Below are positions 59,329 through 64,000 of a stretch of 64,000 nt of DNA, one piece after another. Position numbers and translations under genes: made by a program. The notes under the pieces were generated by a model, which was given only the letters and a program-made list of their open reading frames with translations, was not told the origin of the DNA and made no database searches. Position 1 is the first letter of the stretch. Each line of letters starts with the position of its first letter. Source of the stretch: Candidatus Culexmicrobium cathedralense (GTDB lineage Archaea > Thermoproteota > Methanomethylicia > Culexarchaeales > Culexmicrobiaceae); the NCBI GenBank assembly GCA_025061115.1, contig JANZKC010000001.1, positions 224,001 to 288,000 of the forward strand, in the 5' to 3' direction.

Positions 59329-60429
59329 ATGAAAATCAGTCAGGAAATTCTAAGAAAAAGATTACAAAAAATTCAAGACGTAATCGCCGAGAAAGAAATT
59401 GATGCAGTAATGCTAAGAACACTCTCAAGCTTCATATACTTCACGGGATTAAAGTGGCTAAGACCAGCACTATTAATACCGGCAGAAGGAGAGCCAATAG
59501 CATTCATAGCCCGCGGAGAAGAGGAAGGATTCACAAAGAGAACCTACATCAAAAACATAGTAACATTCATAGACGGAGGAGACCTAATGGCAAAAGTTTC
59601 AGGAACAATTAGAAGAGAAAAATACAAGGTTGTCGGACTAGAATTCAGCCTAGAAAGAGATGCGTACATACTTTTCTATGAAATGTTTAAGCGGCTAAAT
59701 CCAAGAGTTAAAGTCATCGATGTAAGCCAAATAATAGCTAAAATGAAAATGGAAAAAGATGACTACGAATTAAGCTACATCCGAAAAGCAGGAGAAATAG
59801 CTTCAAAAGCTATGAAAAAAGCCCTATCAACTATTGAGCCAGGCATGGCAGAAACAGAAATTGCAGCAGAACTCTACAGCACCCTATACAAGATGGGATG
59901 CGAGAAACCTCACGTGTACATTAATGTAGGCCCAGACCCAAGAGTACACACAGAACCCTTCAGAGACATAGTCGTAAAGAAAGGAGTATTCGTCACCATA
60001 ATAATTGGAGCAGACTACAACAGGTACTACGCAAACATGTCAAGAACAACCTACATTGGAAAACTCGAAGGAAGAGCGGAAAAAGCAGTTAAATGCATGA
60101 ACAAAGCCTACAAACTAGCATTAGAACTAACAAAGCCAGAAGTCAAATTCATAGACGTAATGAAAAAGCTAGATGAAGTATATGCTAAATATGAACTATT
60201 AAATAATAGACTCCTAGGCTACGTCCACGGAGTCGGCCTACAAATAGAAGAGCCACCAATAACAACAATAGTACCACAGCACAGACAAATGAAAGTAAAA
60301 ACAAGAATGGTCATAGCATTCATCCACGCACCAATAATGATGCAAGGCTTAGGCCAAGTAAAAAGAGAAGACACATTCATCGTCAAGGAAAACGGCGAAC
60401 TAGAAAATATAACCAAAACAATAATTTAA
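59329..60429 (+). CDS. M24 (Xaa-Pro peptidase/creatinase fold) protein with degenerate metal ligands
   Basis: Creatinase N-domain, K...E...IRKA, HGVGL, RED. The usual Asp, Asp and Glu ligand positions read I, N and H/A. Confidence 0.85.
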   Translation: MKISQEILRKRLQKIQDVIAEKEIDAVMLRTLSSFIYFTGLKWLRPALLIPAEGEPIAFIARGEEEGFTKRTYIKNIVTFIDGGDLMAKVSGTIRREKYKVVGLEFSLERDAYILFYEMFKRLNPRVKVIDVSQIIAKMKMEKDDYELSYIRKAGEIASKAMKKALSTIEPGMAETEIAAELYSTLYKMGCEKPHVYINVGPDPRVHTEPFRDIVVKKGVFVTIIIGADYNRYYANMSRTTYIGKLEGRAEKAVKCMNKAYKLALELTKPEVKFIDVMKKLDEVYAKYELLNNRLLGYVHGVGLQIEEPPITTIVPQHRQMKVKTRMVIAFIHAPIMMQGLGQVKREDTFIVKENGELENITKTII

Positions 60430-60843
60430 CTAAAAACACCCTCACAAAAGAACAAAAATAATATTTATAAAATTCAACCAGCACCTTCTCCATAATTAAA
60501 CTGAAATCCCAAAGCTTCATAACTCTCAAAACCCCTAGACAAGCTCCCAACAATTTTACGTCCAACAGCCAAGAAATCATTCGCCTATTAACTCTAATCA
60601 ACGGCGCAAAAAGCCTCAAAAAAGCAATCCTTTAAGGAAAATGCAAGAAATCGAAGATAAAGAAGCGTAAAAATACATGACATGCCTACAAGAAAGAAAA
60701 ATTGAATTCGATAAAGAATACTTAATTAACTTTATTAACTCAAGAGTAAAGAAAATTCTAAAATACTATTCCACAATTAAAAGCAACTTCTAAAATAAAT
60801 ATTAAAATAACATACAAATCTAAATAAAATAAAAAGATACTGG

Positions 60844-61095
60844 CTATTTACCTAATATAAGATCCAATATTTGAAAGGCAGTCTCCTCATCCTTCAAAAC
60901 AGCCTTACTATAAAATTCAGTGTAACCACACTTCCTACAAGTTACAGCCAAGTATTCATAACACTGTAAATCTATAAGCCTAGTAAAACCAGAACCTGTA
61001 AAAGCATGCTCATTAACATCCACATCACTACAACCACACTTAGGGCAAACCCATTTATCAAAAACTTTACGCCAATCAACCATCAAAATCACCAA
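60844..61095 (-). CDS. Zn-ribbon protein (DUF2082/COG3478-like)
   Basis: CPKCG...G.GF.RL.DLQ....VTCRKCGYTEFY. Confidence 0.85.
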   Translation of the reverse strand: MVILMVDWRKVFDKWVCPKCGCSDVDVNEHAFTGSGFTRLIDLQCYEYLAVTCRKCGYTEFYSKAVLKDEETAFQILDLILGK

Positions 61096-61279
61096 TAAAC
61101 ATTAAACTAAAATCGCTTAAAAAACCATATGCAATCGAAATTTAATACCGAATAAGCATATGTCAAAAAAGTTCGTCTCACAGCATTTTAAAGTGATTAT
61201 GATAAAAGCAGATAGGCACGCATCTTTTATTAAGATTAAGTTGCTATTGGGGATTGCTACTTATAGGAGTGTTAATGAT

Positions 61280-62092
61280 CTTTCAATTCTCTTTTAATGA
61301 GATTCAAGCAGAGCTTGAGAGTAAGATTGCTGAGCTGAGAAGAAAGCTTTCAATTCTCTTTTAATGAGATTCAAATTCAAATTCTAATCAATCGTTTAGC
61401 TGATGTTCAACTTTCAATTCTCTTTTAATGAGATTCTTCCAGTTGAAGAAGAGGTGGGTGAACTTTTGATTAGTTCACCTTTCAATTCTCTTTTAATGAG
61501 ATTCTTGTGATAGAGCCAGACATCTTTGAGTTATTCAACTATTTCTTTCAATTCTCTTTTAATGAGATTCTTAGCAGGCTAGACGATGAGAAGTTTGAGA
61601 CTTATGCACTTTCAATTCTCTTTTAATGAGATTCATTCGGTAAGTATGCAGTCTACACTACACCAGAGAGAGTTCTTTCAATTCTCTTTTAATGAGATTC
61701 TAGTCTCTCTATCTCACTCCTAGTTAAGAAGCAGACTTTCAATTCTCTTTTAATGAGATTCGTCCTCATTTTTTGGTCACCATACTCTTTTCTGTCCCTA
61801 CTTTCAATTCTCTTTTAATGAGATTCTTTCAGACCTGCTAATCCCAACCTATGACATTACTCTAGCTTTCAATTCTCTTTTAATGAGATTCAAAAAGAGA
61901 CATAAGATTAGATAACCATGATGAAAAAAATCTTTCAATTCTCTTTTAATGAGATTCGTGCTACTGATAAGCGCTATGGGACTTCAATTCCTGATGATCT
62001 TTCAATTCTCTTTTAATGAGATTCTGGAAGGGACAGAAGGTGATTAGGGATATGCCTAGAATGCACCTTTCAATTCTCTTTTAATGAGATTC
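61280..62092 (-). CRISPR. CRISPR array: 13 identical 26-bp repeats (GAATCTCATTAAAAGAGAATTGAAAG on minus), 12 spacers of 35-42 bp, plus a degenerate trailer repeat at ~61222-61238
   Basis: CTTTCAATTCTCTTTTAATGAGATTC at 61280, 61347, 61411, 61479, 61545, 61609, 61675, 61736, 61801, 61866, 61932, 61999 and 62067. The ATTGAAAG 3' handle and the decayed left repeat set the orientation. Confidence 0.98.
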
Positions 62093-62241
62093 TGAATGCT
62101 TATATATGGGGTATTTAAGGGATGCTCTAGTAGGACATGTACCTATTTCTCTGCTATATAGATTATCATTGTTTATCATTGCAGAGGTTTTGTGGGCTGA
62201 TGGTTTTTATGGTGGTTTTTCTGCGATGGTGCCGTTAGGAT
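62093..62241 (-). promoter_or_regulatory. CRISPR leader
   Basis: Non-coding stretch between cas4 and the first repeat, with TATA-like CTTAAATA and TATATAA just upstream of the repeat on the minus strand. Confidence 0.7.
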
Positions 62242-62856
62242 TTATTGGACTACTATTGCTCTTTTTTCTTGTTGCTTTTCTCTGCAGTATTGGTTATATC
62301 CGCAGTTTGTGCATGTTTTGGGGTTTGGTTTTATTTTTGGTTCTTTTTCTGTTGCTATCATTTCATGTATTTTATTTATTATTTGTTTGACTTGTTTTTT
62401 GTCGGTGTTTGTTATGTTTATGGTTATTATTTTTCCTGCTCTTGCGTAGTATATTGTTGCTCTTTTTACTGTTGTTTTGTAGTTTTCTTCTATTAGTAGG
62501 GCGTACGCTGTTAGTTGTGCTTTGTGGTGTTTTTGTGCTTTTCCTGCTGGTGTAGGATCTGACCATTTAACTTCTATTGGTATGTATTCGTTGTGTTTCG
62601 TGATGATTATTGTGTCTAGTTTTCCTCTTAGTTTTAATGTTTTACTTTCTAGTTGGATTTCTTTTAGGATTTTTGTTGCTTTTAATTTTGGTATTATTGG
62701 GGCTATTGGGGGTTTGTCGTGGATTTCTCTTCCAATTTTCATTGCCTCTGTTTCGGGCTCGTATATGTGGAGCACGTGGGTATAGTATACTATCATTGGG
62801 CATAGGGCATAGTTTTTGACTTCAACAGTAGTTATGTAGGGTGAGTATTCGCTCAA
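62242..62856 (-). CDS. cas4: CRISPR-associated exonuclease Cas4
   Basis: Y.LCP, GK.D..I......PIEVK (RecB-like), QLTAYALL, KTCTNCGYNQYC FeS ligands; abuts the leader. Confidence 0.93.
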   Translation of the reverse strand: MSEYSPYITTVEVKNYALCPMIVYYTHVLHIYEPETEAMKIGREIHDKPPIAPIIPKLKATKILKEIQLESKTLKLRGKLDTIIITKHNEYIPIEVKWSDPTPAGKAQKHHKAQLTAYALLIEENYKTTVKRATIYYARAGKIITINITNTDKKQVKQIINKIHEMIATEKEPKIKPNPKTCTNCGYNQYCREKQQEKRAIVVQ

Positions 62857-62979
62857 TTAAATCACCATCAGTATATTTAGATTTTGTACATATTCTAAGG
62901 CAATTATTGTTTCTATAGCCTATATTTGTCAAATCCAACTAATAAGCATTAACTTCTTCAAATACAACATCTCTAATTC

Positions 62980-63000
62980 AAGTAAAATTTAATTTTACTT
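62980..63000. promoter_or_regulatory. Perfect palindrome AAGTAAAATT-T-AATTTTACTT upstream of cas4
   Basis: 10-bp arms, with a third AAGTAAAAT half-site at 63017-63025. Confidence 0.45.
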
Positions 63001-63036
63001 TTTAACATAATAATTGAAGTAAAATGTCGTTCGTGA

Positions 63037-64000
63037 TTAAAGCCATGAAAAGTGCACTATTTGTGCGTTTGGATCATCGTTTTCGTACCACCACCAAAGT
63101 ATATCGCTGAGCCAATTATTGACATAGACGTTTAGGATTGGTGGTTTACCATCTGCTCCTCTATACAACGTCACTTCTACATCTGCAATTATAGTGTAAC
63201 CTGCAGTAACGAAGTAAAATGTCAATTCTATGCTTGTGGCAGCCCATTCGGAGCCGAGTCCAGTTCTTAGACCTATTTGGTATGGAAGTTCATGGTCTTG
63301 AGTTATTTTATTTGCATAATCTTGATGCGGTTTGTTGCAGGAGCTGCATGAGATTGAGGGGGCTTTTTCAATATTATCTATGTATTCTGGCACCATTATG
63401 TAGTATTCATTTCTCCACCATATATCTGGTTGTCCGTCGAAATTTTCGTCGACCGAGTATTCATCCCACCATAGTTCGCAGCGGAATTTCGTGTCTCCAA
63501 GTATCCAAAATGCTTCGCCATTCCTTGCTGTAAGTCCAGTACCAATTAAAAATTGAGTCAGTTTAGCTCCTGAACTTACCCAACCACTATCACTAACTCC
63601 AGTTTGGTCGTAGTATATGTTTCTTGTGAATCCTTCGAGATAGATGTTCGTTTCATATGGTTCGACTCTCCATTTAACTTCAATACCGCTTATCGAGTGA
63701 ACTTGGCCGCATTTAACATTTTTGTGATCATAACTAACATCATGTCCACTATCTGATTCCTCTTGCCTTATGATTAGCGAATTTGCGCTTGCAAATGGAG
63801 GAATGTTTGTTGGAGTATGTTGAATTTTTTCATTCTTTTTAAGTGGTATTTCAACTGTTATTTCTGTTATTGGCTTCCTTGGTTCTACTTGGACGATTTT
63901 GGCGCCGAAGTAATCCTTGCTCATTACTAGAACTATGAACTCTTGTATTTGATATCTAATTTCTCTACCAACATAATTTATAGGGATTCTCCAAATTTTG
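63037..64000 (-). CDS. Hypothetical, probably secreted, aromatic/acidic-rich protein (5' end outside the window)
   Basis: The frame of track ORF 63037-63924 stays open to the window end (KIWRIPINYVGREIRYQIQEFIVLVM...). It has a DENFDGQPD Ca-binding-like loop. Confidence 0.7.
   Translation of the reverse strand, partial: KIWRIPINYVGREIRYQIQEFIVLVMSKDYFGAKIVQVEPRKPITEITVEIPLKKNEKIQHTPTNIPPFASANSLIIRQEESDSGHDVSYDHKNVKCGQVHSISGIEVKWRVEPYETNIYLEGFTRNIYYDQTGVSDSGWVSSGAKLTQFLIGTGLTARNGEAFWILGDTKFRCELWWDEYSVDENFDGQPDIWWRNEYYIMVPEYIDNIEKAPSISCSSCNKPHQDYANKITQDHELPYQIGLRTGLGSEWAATSIELTFYFVTAGYTIIADVEVTLYRGADGKPPILNVYVNNWLSDILWWWYENDDPNAQIVHFSWL

Noticed and set aside
60383-60619. 78-aa minus-strand ORF or possible gene remnant
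   Set aside because: It overlaps the M24 gene end and matches no recognisable family.
61982-61990. Repeat-like CTTCAATTC inside a spacer, and a 10-nt match (AGGGACAGAA) between two spacers
   Set aside because: Both are too short to distinguish from chance. No self-targeting match to this window was noticed by eye.
62106-62819. Hydrophobic or Cys/Phe-rich plus-strand ORFs over the leader and cas4
   Set aside because: They are artefacts of the T-rich antisense strand of cas4.
1-64000. tRNA, rRNA, transposase, integrase or provirus
   Set aside because: No cloverleaf or T-loop motifs, GC-rich structural RNA blocks, transposase/integrase ORFs or terminal inverted repeats were seen.

Overview
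This 64 kb window is gene-dense, AT-rich archaeal chromosome. PINA helicase, archaemetzincin, OGG2-type Ogg, C-terminal PIP boxes, a box C/D sRNA and a GAATCTC...ATTGAAAG CRISPR repeat point to a TACK-type, probably thermophilic, archaeon; this taxonomy is inference. It holds about 65 CDSs, mostly housekeeping: ABC transporters, MoeA pair, LysA, ThrC, Adk, PiT/PhoU, peptidases and radical SAM proteins. DNA-repair and nucleotide-sanitising genes are unusually dense. No rRNA, tRNA or IS element was recognised. Features missed by the ORF track: a clear box C/D guide sRNA with its own TATA box (14638-14688, minus), a weaker C/D candidate (~45730-45820), an rpiB gene broken by one in-frame TAG, a CTG-initiated pilin-like ORF, and a 13-repeat CRISPR array with a lone cas4. 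Best candidates for undescribed systems: (1) a DUF72-SWIM / Ogg / DUF72 / divergent FEN1 repair module; (2) an orphan GlmL actin-fold ATPase plus a partner protein, with no B12 mutase nearby; (3) a PadR-controlled MacB/FtsX exporter with a SHOCT-tailed ATPase and two surface proteins; (4) a stand-alone RING-like protein. All family calls come from motif recognition by eye; no database search was run.
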